NCBI GenBank assembly: GCA_037442745.1 | Contig: JBBIPP010000006.1 | Location: 17,561 to 81,560, forward strand | DNA: 64,000 bases | Source of the DNA: an archaeon | GTDB lineage: Archaea; SpSt-1190; DYHY01 | Direction of reading: 5' to 3' | In this document: in pieces, positions 37,139 through 46,244 of the stretch | How positions within the stretch are numbered: the stretch's first letter is position 1 | How the letters are laid out: each line of letters opens with the position of its first letter | Position numbers and translations under genes: made by a program | Notes under the pieces: generated by a model | Databases searched by the model: none | Told to the model about the DNA's origin: nothing | Seen by the model: only the letters and a program-made list of their open reading frames with translations

Positions 37139-38119
37139 ATGGCAAGAGCCCTTGTTTTTTTCCTGGTTCTCTCGCTTATCCTCCTTTCCGCGGGCGCGTC
37201 AGTTGTTGTCTCTGAATCGAACTCCTCCAAATCCCGGGAGGTATTCAGGACAACGGGCGTGCCTACAACATCAGTCACTTTCAGGTATTGCCGGGAGATA
37301 GGTTCGGGAGAAATTAGACGCCTCTTCTCATTGAGCAAGGCGGGCGAGCTCACAAAAGGGCTTTCGCTCGAGTTCCCCCTCTCCTGCGAGAACGCGAATT
37401 CTACTGCCCGGGAGAAATGGGCATATGTGAAATATTCCGTCCCAAAGAGCGCGTCATCCCTCGGGGTTTCCTACAAAGGAAGGATTGTTTTCAATTATGA
37501 CGGCTCCTCCGCCGGATTGTCCCAAGAGCCCTTTGTCTCCAATCTCTCGGGAACAATCTCCTCTTTTGAGGCTATCCCGCTTGTCGGAAAATTCGTCTCG
37601 GGCGCCCCCCTTCCGGTCGAAGGCTACCTGGATTATCCATTCATTACCCTTAAATCAGGGGACAACTTCCTCTCAATTGAAACAAGGGAGGGGATTGTCT
37701 ACGGCTTTGCCTTGAGAACTGAAAAGTTGGTTAAAGACGTCCTTGACTATTATCCGTTTCTCCCAGAAAATTCGACCGACTATCTGGTTTTCGCGGCCGA
37801 TAAGGGTGGCCTAGAGTGCGCAATAGGAAGCTACTACCAAGACTCCCTAGTTATTTTCGGAAAGACGGATATTGAGGGAGAGTGCATTACGAACGCCGGG
37901 AATTACCTGATTTTCGAGAGGGGAAAACTTGTTGAAGGTTGGGCTTATTCTCTAATCAAAGCCAGGGATTACAAAGATAATTATCCCCAGAATTTCGCTT
38001 TCAGGTGGGGCGTTCCTTCCGAAAAGTTCGAGGAGAATCTTGTAATTATTCGGAGAAAGCCAGGGTTTTTCGAGGGAGTTTTCTCGTTTTTCAGGGGGCT
38101 TTTTTCCGGCGGGAAATAG
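37139..38119 (+). CDS. Secreted hypothetical protein with C-terminal amphipathic helix
   Basis: Signal peptide MARALVFFLVLSLILLSAGA; ends GFFEGVFSFFRGLF. Confidence 0.7.
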   Translation: MARALVFFLVLSLILLSAGASVVVSESNSSKSREVFRTTGVPTTSVTFRYCREIGSGEIRRLFSLSKAGELTKGLSLEFPLSCENANSTAREKWAYVKYSVPKSASSLGVSYKGRIVFNYDGSSAGLSQEPFVSNLSGTISSFEAIPLVGKFVSGAPLPVEGYLDYPFITLKSGDNFLSIETREGIVYGFALRTEKLVKDVLDYYPFLPENSTDYLVFAADKGGLECAIGSYYQDSLVIFGKTDIEGECITNAGNYLIFERGKLVEGWAYSLIKARDYKDNYPQNFAFRWGVPSEKFEENLVIIRRKPGFFEGVFSFFRGLFSGGK

Positions 38120-38174
38120 GGGGCAAGTGCCTCGGAAAACCTTTAAAAACCGCCCTTTCACCCTTCAAACCGAA

Positions 38175-38465
38175 ATGAAACTCCCAAAGGAAACAATGGC
38201 ATATTGTCCAACATGCAAGAAGCACACTCTCAATAAAATCGCTCTTGTGAAGAAGCACAAGGCTAGCGAGCTTGCGGAAGGCCAGAGGCGGTATAGGAGG
38301 AAGACTGTCGGATACACCGGATTTCCAAGGCCGAAACCCTCTGGGGAAAAGGCTGCAAGAAGGAAGGACTTGAGGCTGGAGTGTGTTGTTTGCAAGAAGG
38401 AGAGGCCGAGAAGGCGGACATTCAGGGCGAAAAAGTTCGAACTTGTGAAGAAGGAAGGCAAGTGA
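38175..38465 (+). CDS. rpl44e: 50S ribosomal protein L44e
   Basis: MKLPK...YCPTCKKHT...GQRRY...LECVVCKK. Confidence 0.95.
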   Translation: MKLPKETMAYCPTCKKHTLNKIALVKKHKASELAEGQRRYRRKTVGYTGFPRPKPSGEKAARRKDLRLECVVCKKERPRRRTFRAKKFELVKKEGK

Positions 38466-38473
38466 TTATTGAA

Positions 38474-38680
38474 ATGGCAAGGAGAAAAAGGGGAACGGCA
38501 ATACCAATGCCTGAATCGAAGTTCATGAAGGTAAAGTGCGACAAGTGCAAGAATGAGCAGATAATTTTCAACAAGCCGGCGAACGTTGTAAAATGCCTTG
38601 TCTGCGACTCGGTCCTAGTCGAGCCGAGGGGCGGAACTGTGAGCGAAAAGCACGTCAAGGTAATAGAGACGTTTGACTAG
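38474..38680 (+). CDS. rps27e: 30S ribosomal protein S27e
   Basis: [18 protein letters not shown]...[12 protein letters not shown]. Confidence 0.95.
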   Translation: MARRKRGTAIPMPESKFMKVKCDKCKNEQIIFNKPANVVKCLVCDSVLVEPRGGTVSEKHVKVIETFD

Positions 38681-38684
38681 TCAG

Positions 38685-39539
38685 ATGGATGCTTTTTCAG
38701 AAAGCCCTTCAGAGGGCGGGCAGGTGGGGGGAAAGAAGGAGCCTCCCAGAATTGAGAAAAAGCAGGGCTTTCCATATGAGGGCGACCTCGTACTCTGCAC
38801 AATAACAAATGTTTATCCGACAAGCGCCTTTGCCTCCCTCGACGAATATGAAAATTTGGAGGGAATGATTCCGATTGGCGAAATATCCTCGTCCTGGGTG
38901 AAAAACATCCGGTCGATTGTCAAAGAAGGGAAAAGCACAGTATGCCTCGTGATGGCAGTCAATCCCGACAGGCGCCACATTAACTTGTCCCTGAAGCGCG
39001 TTAGCGAGTCCGACAAGAAGCAAAAGTTCGAGCAGGTGAAGCGGGCGAAGAAGACCCAGAAAATGATAGAGCAGGTGCGGGAAATCCTCTCCGGAAAACT
39101 GCCTGAAGACTTGGGCGAGCTCTTGGAAAAGGAGTTCGCGGAGGTCTATTTCGCGTTCGAAGCGGCGGCAAAGGACGGGAAAGGCTCCCTAATTGAGAGG
39201 GGGATTCCTGAAAAAATCGCGTCAGCATTCGAGACTGCGGGAAGGGAGAACATTGTATTCCAGGATATTGAGCTCAAGGCGTCTGTCGAGCTCTCAAGCT
39301 TTGAAGGGAACGGAGTCGAGCAGGTGAAAAAAATCCTCTCAATTGCGGAGAGAGCTGGAGCGAAAGTCTCCTATATCAGCGCCCCGAAATACCACATCTC
39401 CCTTGTCGGAAAGGACTTCAAGTCGATTGAGAGAAAGCTCCGAGAGATTGCTGAGGAAATGTCCAAAGCAGGGAAGAAGGCTCGCTTTGATTTTGCGCTA
39501 ATCAAGGACGGAAACAGGGAAGAAGAGGTCAAGGTCTGA
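38685..39539 (+). CDS. eif2a: Translation initiation factor aIF2 alpha
   Basis: S1 domain P.EGDLV...LDEY...WVKNIR...INLSLKRV; SAPKY. Confidence 0.94.
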   Translation: MDAFSESPSEGGQVGGKKEPPRIEKKQGFPYEGDLVLCTITNVYPTSAFASLDEYENLEGMIPIGEISSSWVKNIRSIVKEGKSTVCLVMAVNPDRRHINLSLKRVSESDKKQKFEQVKRAKKTQKMIEQVREILSGKLPEDLGELLEKEFAEVYFAFEAAAKDGKGSLIERGIPEKIASAFETAGRENIVFQDIELKASVELSSFEGNGVEQVKKILSIAERAGAKVSYISAPKYHISLVGKDFKSIERKLREIAEEMSKAGKKARFDFALIKDGNREEEVKV

Positions 39540-39547
39540 GGAAAAAA

Positions 39548-39721
39548 ATGCTCAAATGCCAATCATGCGGAAGATACACTCTGAAAAGCTCCTGTCCGGA
39601 ATGCGGTTCGGACGCAAGTTCACCCAATCCGGCCAAGTTCTCTCCGGCTGATTCGTACGGGAAATACAGGCGCATAATGAAGCGGAGCGCTGAGGAAGGC
39701 AAGGGCGACAAAAAAAGGTGA
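39548..39721 (+). CDS. nop10: H/ACA RNP protein Nop10 (not in ORF track)
   Basis: MLKCQSCGRYTLKSSCPECG...PAKFSPADSYGKYRR. Confidence 0.93.
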   Translation: MLKCQSCGRYTLKSSCPECGSDASSPNPAKFSPADSYGKYRRIMKRSAEEGKGDKKR

Positions 39722-39727
39722 AACGGA

Positions 39728-40501
39728 ATGATAATATGGAACGTTGTTGAAAAGCCGAAACTGAAAAAGCCGATTCTGGTTGAAGGACTCCCGGGAATCG
39801 GGAATGTCGGAAAAGTGGCAAGCGAGTATTTCATTGAGAAATTGAAGGCGAAGAAATTCGCGGAACTCTATTCGGACCACTATCCCTACCATGTCTTCGT
39901 TAACGAGGACGACACCCTAGACTTGCCAAGAAACGAGTTCTACTATTACAAGGGAAAAAAGAAGGGCGAACCCGACCTGATAATAATAACCGGGGACATC
40001 CAGTCAATGACTCCCCACGGCCACTATGAGATTGTAAAGGCAATGCTTGACTTTGTAAAGTCCTATGGAGTTGACCAGATATACACTCTTGGCGGTTTCG
40101 GAGTACCTGTCCTCCCGAAGGTCCCGAAGGTGATTGGCGCGGTGACTACTCCGGAACTCAAGAAGAAATATGAAAAGCAAGGAGTAAAGTTCGAAAAGGG
40201 CGCAAGAGTCGGAATAATAATTGGCGCATCGGGGCTCCTCCTCGGCCTTGGAAAAGTTGAGGGAATTGACGGAATCTGCCTGATGGGCGAGACTCTCTCA
40301 AGACCAATGTTCACTGATGCGAAATCAGCAAAACACGTCCTGATAGAGCTCTGCCGGCTCCTGAAGCTGAAGCTCGACATGAAGGATTTGGACGAGAGGT
40401 CTGTCGAGATGGACAGGGCTATTGCGAAAGCAAAAGAGGTCGAGAAATCAATGATGGAGAAATCTGTCGGGACCTCTGACGAAATGAGGTATATTGGGTA
40501 G
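39728..40501 (+). CDS. PAC2-family proteasome assembly chaperone
   Basis: LVEGLPGIGNVGK, IIGASGLLLG, CLMGET, C-terminal RYIG. Confidence 0.92.
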   Translation: MIIWNVVEKPKLKKPILVEGLPGIGNVGKVASEYFIEKLKAKKFAELYSDHYPYHVFVNEDDTLDLPRNEFYYYKGKKKGEPDLIIITGDIQSMTPHGHYEIVKAMLDFVKSYGVDQIYTLGGFGVPVLPKVPKVIGAVTTPELKKKYEKQGVKFEKGARVGIIIGASGLLLGLGKVEGIDGICLMGETLSRPMFTDAKSAKHVLIELCRLLKLKLDMKDLDERSVEMDRAIAKAKEVEKSMMEKSVGTSDEMRYIG

Positions 40502-40996
40502 ATTCTGAGAAAAAACTACTCGGGCCGGAAAACCGCTCAATATTTTGATAGCTCGTCTCTCACTCTTTTGGCATCCCTTCTTTCCCCGTTGTATTTCTAG
40601 GCTAACCTGTCCCTGAAATCTCCGAAATTCTGTGTTGAGAAAGATTCCGCCTAGAAATATACTGAATTGGAAGAGGCATATGCTTCTTTTCCCGGAAAGC
40701 CTCTGAAAGCGAGCTCTATTTCCTGATATCTGGAAAGCGCTTCGAAAAGCATTCTGGCTTCGAACGCAACCCTACCGGGTTGTGCCATCCCTTCTCCGGA
40801 AAAACAAGAGTTGCCATCGCCCTTCCTTTTCCAATTTCCTCAGCTTAATACTGAAAATGTGTTCCAATTGAATAATTCGATTGCATTGGGGAGAATAGTA
40901 ACGGAGTTCTCTTTAATTTTAGCTAATTCCTAACTTTAACCCATATTTGGGCCAAAATTCCTAAAATTAGTTAATTCGGAGCCAAAGACTGCCGGA

Positions 40997-42259
40997 ATGT
41001 TCCGGGAAATTGACTGCGACCTCCACATACACTCCCGGTTCTCAAAAGCCTGCTCACAGGAAATTTCAGTAAAAACGCTTTCTGAAACTGCGAAAAAAAA
41101 GGGGCTCTCACTTGTCGGAACCGGTGATGCCCTCCACCCGGAGTGGCTATCCGAAGTCAAGCAAATGGAATACAACGACGAAATCGGTATTTTCACTGCG
41201 GAAAACGGGGTCAAATTCATCCTCTCATGCGAAATAGAGGACAAAGACAGCGTGCATCACCTCGCAATTTTCCCGAACCTCTCCGCGCTCATTGACGTGA
41301 AGGAGAAGCTTGAGAACTTCTCGAACAACTTCTCCCTTGACGGAAGGCCGAAAACCGCCCTCTCGGGGGAAGCTCTTGCGAACACATGCATTGATTCGGG
41401 GTGCCTCTTTGGGCCAGCGCACGTTTTCACCCCCTGGACGAGCGTTTTCAAGGAATTCGACACCCTTTCCGCCTGCTACAAATCAGCATCGAAAGCCATC
41501 TCGTTCGTGGAGCTCGGCCTCTCCGCCGACACCTATCTTGCTGACAGGGTGCCTGAACTACGGACGCGCGTTTTCCTCTCTGGTTCCGACGCCCATTCGG
41601 CGAATCCCGGAAGGCTCGGGCGGGAGTTCATGAGGTTTTCCGTCAAATCAATCTCCTTTCAGGAAATTGAGCTTGCGCTGAAAGGGGATGGCGGAAGGAG
41701 AATAGTCTTCAATGCTGGAGTTGACCCGAGAGAGGGCAGGTATTTCTGCACAGCCTGCTCGAAATGCTACCAGAAATATTCCTTTGATGAGGCGCGGGGC
41801 CTGAACTTCTCCTGCATTTCTTGCGGGGGGCGGATGAAGATTGGGGTAAAGGACAGGATTGAAAAGCTCTCGAAGGGCGAGCAGTCAGAATCCCCGGATG
41901 GGAGGCCCCCTTATCAGTACACAATCCCGATGGTTGAGCTAATTTCGCGCTCAATGAGAAAATCCCCTGAAGACGCATTGGCAATCTATGATTCGGTTGT
42001 CTCCGACTATGGGAGCGAGATACGGATTCTCCTCTCACTTGATCCTGAGGAAATTTCGGGGAAATATCCGGAGCTGGCTTTCGCAATAGGGAAATTCCGC
42101 GCGGGGGAGGCGGTAATTGTCCCGGGGGGCGGGGGGAAATACGGCCAGGTGCTTGTCCCAAAGGATGCGGAGGAATTGAAAAGGATTGTTGTTGAGCGCG
42201 CAGACGAGCTGAACTGCGTCTCCGGGATTTCCCAGAAATCCCTCTCCAAATTCTTCTAG
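40997..42259 (+). CDS. Endonuclease Q-like PHP/Zn-ribbon protein (TIGR00375)
   Basis: DLHIHSRFS, GTGDALHP, PAHVFTPW, ELGLSAD, SDAHS..RLGRE, CxxC...CxxC, PGGGGKYG. Confidence 0.9.
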   Translation: MFREIDCDLHIHSRFSKACSQEISVKTLSETAKKKGLSLVGTGDALHPEWLSEVKQMEYNDEIGIFTAENGVKFILSCEIEDKDSVHHLAIFPNLSALIDVKEKLENFSNNFSLDGRPKTALSGEALANTCIDSGCLFGPAHVFTPWTSVFKEFDTLSACYKSASKAISFVELGLSADTYLADRVPELRTRVFLSGSDAHSANPGRLGREFMRFSVKSISFQEIELALKGDGGRRIVFNAGVDPREGRYFCTACSKCYQKYSFDEARGLNFSCISCGGRMKIGVKDRIEKLSKGEQSESPDGRPPYQYTIPMVELISRSMRKSPEDALAIYDSVVSDYGSEIRILLSLDPEEISGKYPELAFAIGKFRAGEAVIVPGGGGKYGQVLVPKDAEELKRIVVERADELNCVSGISQKSLSKFF

Positions 42260-43239
42260 GAGCTCCCTTCTGATTTCGCGGAAACAGACACCTTTTTCCG
42301 TGCAATCTTGAATACTGTGAATCCTTCGGCATCGAACCTTGCTGAATAGGTCTCCTCAGGAACGGAAATATCCGGAGGGAGGACGTTTATTGAGAGGACT
42401 GAATTGTTCTTTCCGGAAACTGCCCATCCGGACTTTGTTGCGCAGATGTATCTTCCGTCCCCGCAAGGGATTCCGGCAGAGTCAAAAGAGCCCTTGCCTG
42501 AAAATGAAAATGTCTCCGGAATCCTGAGCTGCGCCCCGGCAACAGTTCCCCTGTCTTCCGTCATCTCAATCCCTTCTGTTCCTGATGTCTTGACTGAGAA
42601 AGAGAGGAGGACCGGGAATTCCTTTCCGGAGACTGCCGGCTGCTTTTGGAACTCTGCCTTGAGGGAGACCGGGCCGATTGTAACTGTCTTTTCCTCCGCT
42701 TTCGCCCCCGGGTTCACCCGCGCATATTCCTCTGGAGAGAGCACCCTAATTGACTCGAAAGCCCCTGATATTGGAAAGGAATACTTCACTTTAACCGAGA
42801 TTTCCTGAGAGAAGCTAGCTTTTCCGGGGTCGCCCCACATATCCCTTGGCTTTGCGGTTAGTTCGCACATTGCCTCAAACGATTCCCCGGGAGAAAGCTC
42901 CCCGATATAGACATCTGAGCATCCGAGAATGTTTGAGCCGAAATTGTAGAAAACGGCGTTCACGTTCTCGAGTGAAGTTTTTCCGACGTTTTTTATTTCC
43001 GCGGATATCTGCGCGCGCTCGCCCTCTGAGAGGCCGAGTGCCTCGGAAAAGGAGGGGGAAATTTCAAGGACAGCCCCGGACGAGCTCCCGGTCAGCCCCT
43101 GACCGCCGGATCCTCCGGATCCTCCGGATCCTCCGGTTCCTCCGGAGACGCATCCGGAAAGAGCGAAAGCCGAGAGCAAGGCAACCAATAAAACGAAAAT
43201 CCCTTCCGAATTATTTTTCCCTTTCATTTTTAAAATCAT
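42256..43239 (-). CDS. Putative lipoprotein with Ig-like/CARDB-type domain
   Basis: Lipobox LSGC, GGS linker, IKNVG...GELSPGES. Confidence 0.75.
   Translation of the reverse strand: MILKMKGKNNSEGIFVLLVALLSAFALSGCVSGGTGGSGGSGGSGGQGLTGSSSGAVLEISPSFSEALGLSEGERAQISAEIKNVGKTSLENVNAVFYNFGSNILGCSDVYIGELSPGESFEAMCELTAKPRDMWGDPGKASFSQEISVKVKYSFPISGAFESIRVLSPEEYARVNPGAKAEEKTVTIGPVSLKAEFQKQPAVSGKEFPVLLSFSVKTSGTEGIEMTEDRGTVAGAQLRIPETFSFSGKGSFDSAGIPCGDGRYICATKSGWAVSGKNNSVLSINVLPPDISVPEETYSARFDAEGFTVFKIARKKVSVSAKSEGSS
43106..43146. repeat. 9-bp tandem repeat CCGGATCCT (~4.5 copies) encoding a GGS linker
   Basis: Directly visible. Confidence 0.9.
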
Positions 43240-44453
43240 TTCCTCACAAGCATTATTTCAAGCTCTCCCGCCCTGAAGACCCCTCCTTCAGAGGACGAGA
43301 AAACTATCAGGTTCTTTCCCATAACGGAGTTCTCGCTCCCGAAAGATGCTGAGACTTTGGATTGTGAAGAAATTCTGCTTGAAGTTATTGTCTTTTCCCT
43401 GTCGCCGACAATTGAGACTGTGAGAATCCCGGGCGACAGCACCTCACTTACCGAAAATTCTATCCTCCCATACATCCTTCCAGAGCGCAGTAGCTCGTAT
43501 TCTTCTTTCGTTAGAGTGAATGTCATTGCCGGGCTTCCTTGGGCCCCGCTCTTGGAAGTGAACGCAATTACCTCAGCCCCTGTTAGCTCTATCTTGGCTC
43601 TGGCGTTTTCGGAAATGAAGGTTACCTCGTTCCTTTCAGAGAGCCCGGTTCCGGCAGATGAAAAGTCTACGAACACCGGGAGGGAGTTCTCAGAAATCGG
43701 CCCCTTCCAAATTGTCATGTTGTTGACTTTTATTGAAATGCTCGCCCCTTGGGTTGCGGAAACTACTGTGAAAACAACCCTCCCGAGAACGAAAGAAGAG
43801 AGCTCGTCTTTTGAGAGTGTGAATTCGCGCTTTTGGGAGAGCGCCCTCTCATGGCCCACGGAAGAAGCGCTTATTGAGACTTCCCTTAGCGTGTAGTATG
43901 CTGGAGACCATATTCTCCAACCTGACGAAGTTGTCGAGAAAATTAGAGAGTTTCCGGCCGGCTTGAGAGCGCTTTTTGACAGGGAAACTTCGATCAAGTC
44001 ACCTTTCTTCGGGTTTCCCGAATAGACAATTTCTCCGTTCAGGCGGACGAGGAGAAGTCCGAACGAGTTTGTCGAGTCTATTGAGAAGGAGAGTTTTGCA
44101 TCTCCGCCGGACGGGCTCTCGAACGAGGAGGAATGCTCTTGGGTAGTGACAATTCCCCTTATAAGGTGTATTGGGCCCTCCTCCCGCAAAAGTTCGGCAG
44201 TATCAATGTTTTGGGAGAGAAAAATTTTCCCAAGATATGAATGCTTAAATCCGTCCCCGCCAGACCCCCCAATCAGACCGATTTCCTGTTCAATTGCTAT
44301 TTTTCTTGGGAGGAACCCGATGAACAGGTCGCTTGTGCTGACTTCTTCAGATGTGAAAAGGGCGAGAATTGAAAAAAGCACTATTCCTGCGAGAACAACG
44401 AGGAAAACGCCTGCGAGGCCCCTTCTCTCCGAAAAGTTGCGCGTTTTCCCCAT
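43236..44453 (-). CDS. Membrane-anchored beta-rich surface protein with class III signal-like N-terminus
   Basis: SERRG|LAGVFLVVLAGIVLF; Ser-rich beta-strand repeats. Confidence 0.7.
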   Translation of the reverse strand: MGKTRNFSERRGLAGVFLVVLAGIVLFSILALFTSEEVSTSDLFIGFLPRKIAIEQEIGLIGGSGGDGFKHSYLGKIFLSQNIDTAELLREEGPIHLIRGIVTTQEHSSSFESPSGGDAKLSFSIDSTNSFGLLLVRLNGEIVYSGNPKKGDLIEVSLSKSALKPAGNSLIFSTTSSGWRIWSPAYYTLREVSISASSVGHERALSQKREFTLSKDELSSFVLGRVVFTVVSATQGASISIKVNNMTIWKGPISENSLPVFVDFSSAGTGLSERNEVTFISENARAKIELTGAEVIAFTSKSGAQGSPAMTFTLTKEEYELLRSGRMYGRIEFSVSEVLSPGILTVSIVGDREKTITSSRISSQSKVSASFGSENSVMGKNLIVFSSSEGGVFRAGELEIMLVRK

Positions 44454-44512
44454 ATTGGGACTGGTGTTCCGCCATTTTTTATAAAGATTGGCTGTTTTCC
44501 GAAAAAAAACAG

Positions 44513-45583
44513 ATGAAAGTTGTTTTCAGGGATGACAAGGCTGGCGTTGCAAAGCTCCTTGTTGAGAATGCGGACGACATATGGCATCTTTCAAACATTG
44601 TGACAGAGGACGGAAGCACAATAGCAACAATGCGGACAGTGAGAAAAGTAAAGACAAATTTCGGGGGGGAGAGGAGCGAGTCTGACAAGGTCGCAGTAAC
44701 CCTTTCGATTTCGGTTGAAAGGGCGGAATACCACCCCTTCTCCGGCGCCCTTCGGATTTCAGGAAAAGTTGAATCGGAAAACGACCTCGTTCCCAAGGGA
44801 TCTTATCACACGTTCTCGGTCGAGCCGGGAGAAACTGTAAAGCTCGAAAAGAAGGGAGGGTTCTCCCCTATTGATTGGGAGAGGGTAAGGAAAGCTCGGG
44901 AAGCACAGCCGAAAATATTGATACTACTGCTTGACAGGGACGAGGCGAATTTCGCAATTGCCTCCGGGGAAGGAATAAATTGGCTCTCTTCCTTCGAGTC
45001 AAGCCTTCCGCCGAAAACTGAAAAGGGCGAATATGAGGCATCAATGAAGGAGTATTTCTCAAGGGTTTTCTCCGCTCTCGAAAGCTTCTCAAAAAGAGCG
45101 GATTCCGTAATTGTCGCGGGGCCCGGGAACGCAAAGGAGAACTTTTCGGACTATGTTGGAAACAGGGTGAAATTCTCGCTTGCGTCCGCTAGCTCGGCCA
45201 CCCGGGCCTCCCTGAAGGATTTGCTAGAGGGCGAAGGAAAGAGGATTCTTGAGGAAACAAGAATTGGGAGGGATATTGGAATTGTCGACTCTGTTTTCGC
45301 GCGCCTTGCAAAGAACCCGGGAAGAGTCTCTTACGGCCTAGCCCAAGTGAGGGAAGCTTCAGTCAAGGGCGCTGTTGAATCATTGATTATTTCGGAAGGC
45401 CTGATAAAAAAGTCCCGGCTAGAGGGGAGTTTTCCGGTGCTTGAAGGGGCAATCAAGTCTGTTGAGGATTCGGGAGGCTCGGTCTTTGTGGTTTCGGAGA
45501 CGCACGAGGCTGGGCAGAAAATAGCTGGCCTCGGGGGGGTTGTGGCAATCCTGAGATATGAGCTCTTTCCCGGAAGCGCCTGA
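44513..45583 (+). CDS. pelA: Pelota/Dom34 mRNA surveillance protein
   Basis: ENADDIWHLSNIV, LRISGKV, GSYHTF, VAGPG, HEAGQKIAGLGGVVAILRY. Confidence 0.95.
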   Translation: MKVVFRDDKAGVAKLLVENADDIWHLSNIVTEDGSTIATMRTVRKVKTNFGGERSESDKVAVTLSISVERAEYHPFSGALRISGKVESENDLVPKGSYHTFSVEPGETVKLEKKGGFSPIDWERVRKAREAQPKILILLLDRDEANFAIASGEGINWLSSFESSLPPKTEKGEYEASMKEYFSRVFSALESFSKRADSVIVAGPGNAKENFSDYVGNRVKFSLASASSATRASLKDLLEGEGKRILEETRIGRDIGIVDSVFARLAKNPGRVSYGLAQVREASVKGAVESLIISEGLIKKSRLEGSFPVLEGAIKSVEDSGGSVFVVSETHEAGQKIAGLGGVVAILRYELFPGSA

Positions 45584-46156
45584 CTAGTTCCGGGCAGTTC
45601 TGTCTTTCACCAGCCTTTTTCCGAGATGTTTCGTGCAGTTTATTGGAATTGGCCTGAAAGTTTTCCAGTCGAACAAGATTAATGGGGCTGACGCGTTTCC
45701 GACTTTTTCCTCAATTCAGAAAAGCCAATTCAGCAAGTTGAGGATTGCGCCTCCTTGGGTAACAATAACAACGTTCTCTTTCGGATGCGCCTTTTCACAT
45801 CCGAATTGGTCTCCCTTACGCCCCTCGGCCGGAAGCTCCAGTTTTCACAAACGGATTTTTCGGCAGCAAAACGTGGCTCGTGCAACGGCTTTCCCCGGAA
45901 TTAGCCGAGATTCCTATCAATCAGTTTGTCCAAGAAGTGTATTTTCCTGAATTTGTGGTGCCCGGCAATTTCAGAAGAGTCTCTATTCAAGCCCGAGGTA
46001 GCTAGAATTGAAGGAAGATATTTTCTCGTCCTTCGGGCGCTCAGCGGTTTTTTAGCCTGAATGCAACCAAGTTTGGCGAGGGAAAATTGAGTCCGGCCCC
46101 GGACAATTCTCGCAACATTCTCCTTCGTTTCGGTGTCGGACAGTTATCCTCCCAAT
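45584..46156 (-). pseudogene. Histidine phosphatase (GpmB/CobC-like) pseudogene
   Basis: Minus-strand fragments VRH/ETKEN...LGCIQAK...DRNLG*FRG...NVVIVTQGGAI...GNAS...INCTKHL with stops and frameshifts. Confidence 0.7.
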
Positions 46157-46244
46157 GAGGCGGTCTTTGGGAGTGGGGCAACTACCTTAATTTCTGTCAT
46201 TTACCCAAAACATAAATAGAAAATCGGCATTCATCCGAATCCGG

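Noticed and set aside
40502-40930. ORF-less gap with interrupted minus-strand coding-like frames
   Set aside because: No recognisable family motifs or RNA structure; counted only as a probable relic.
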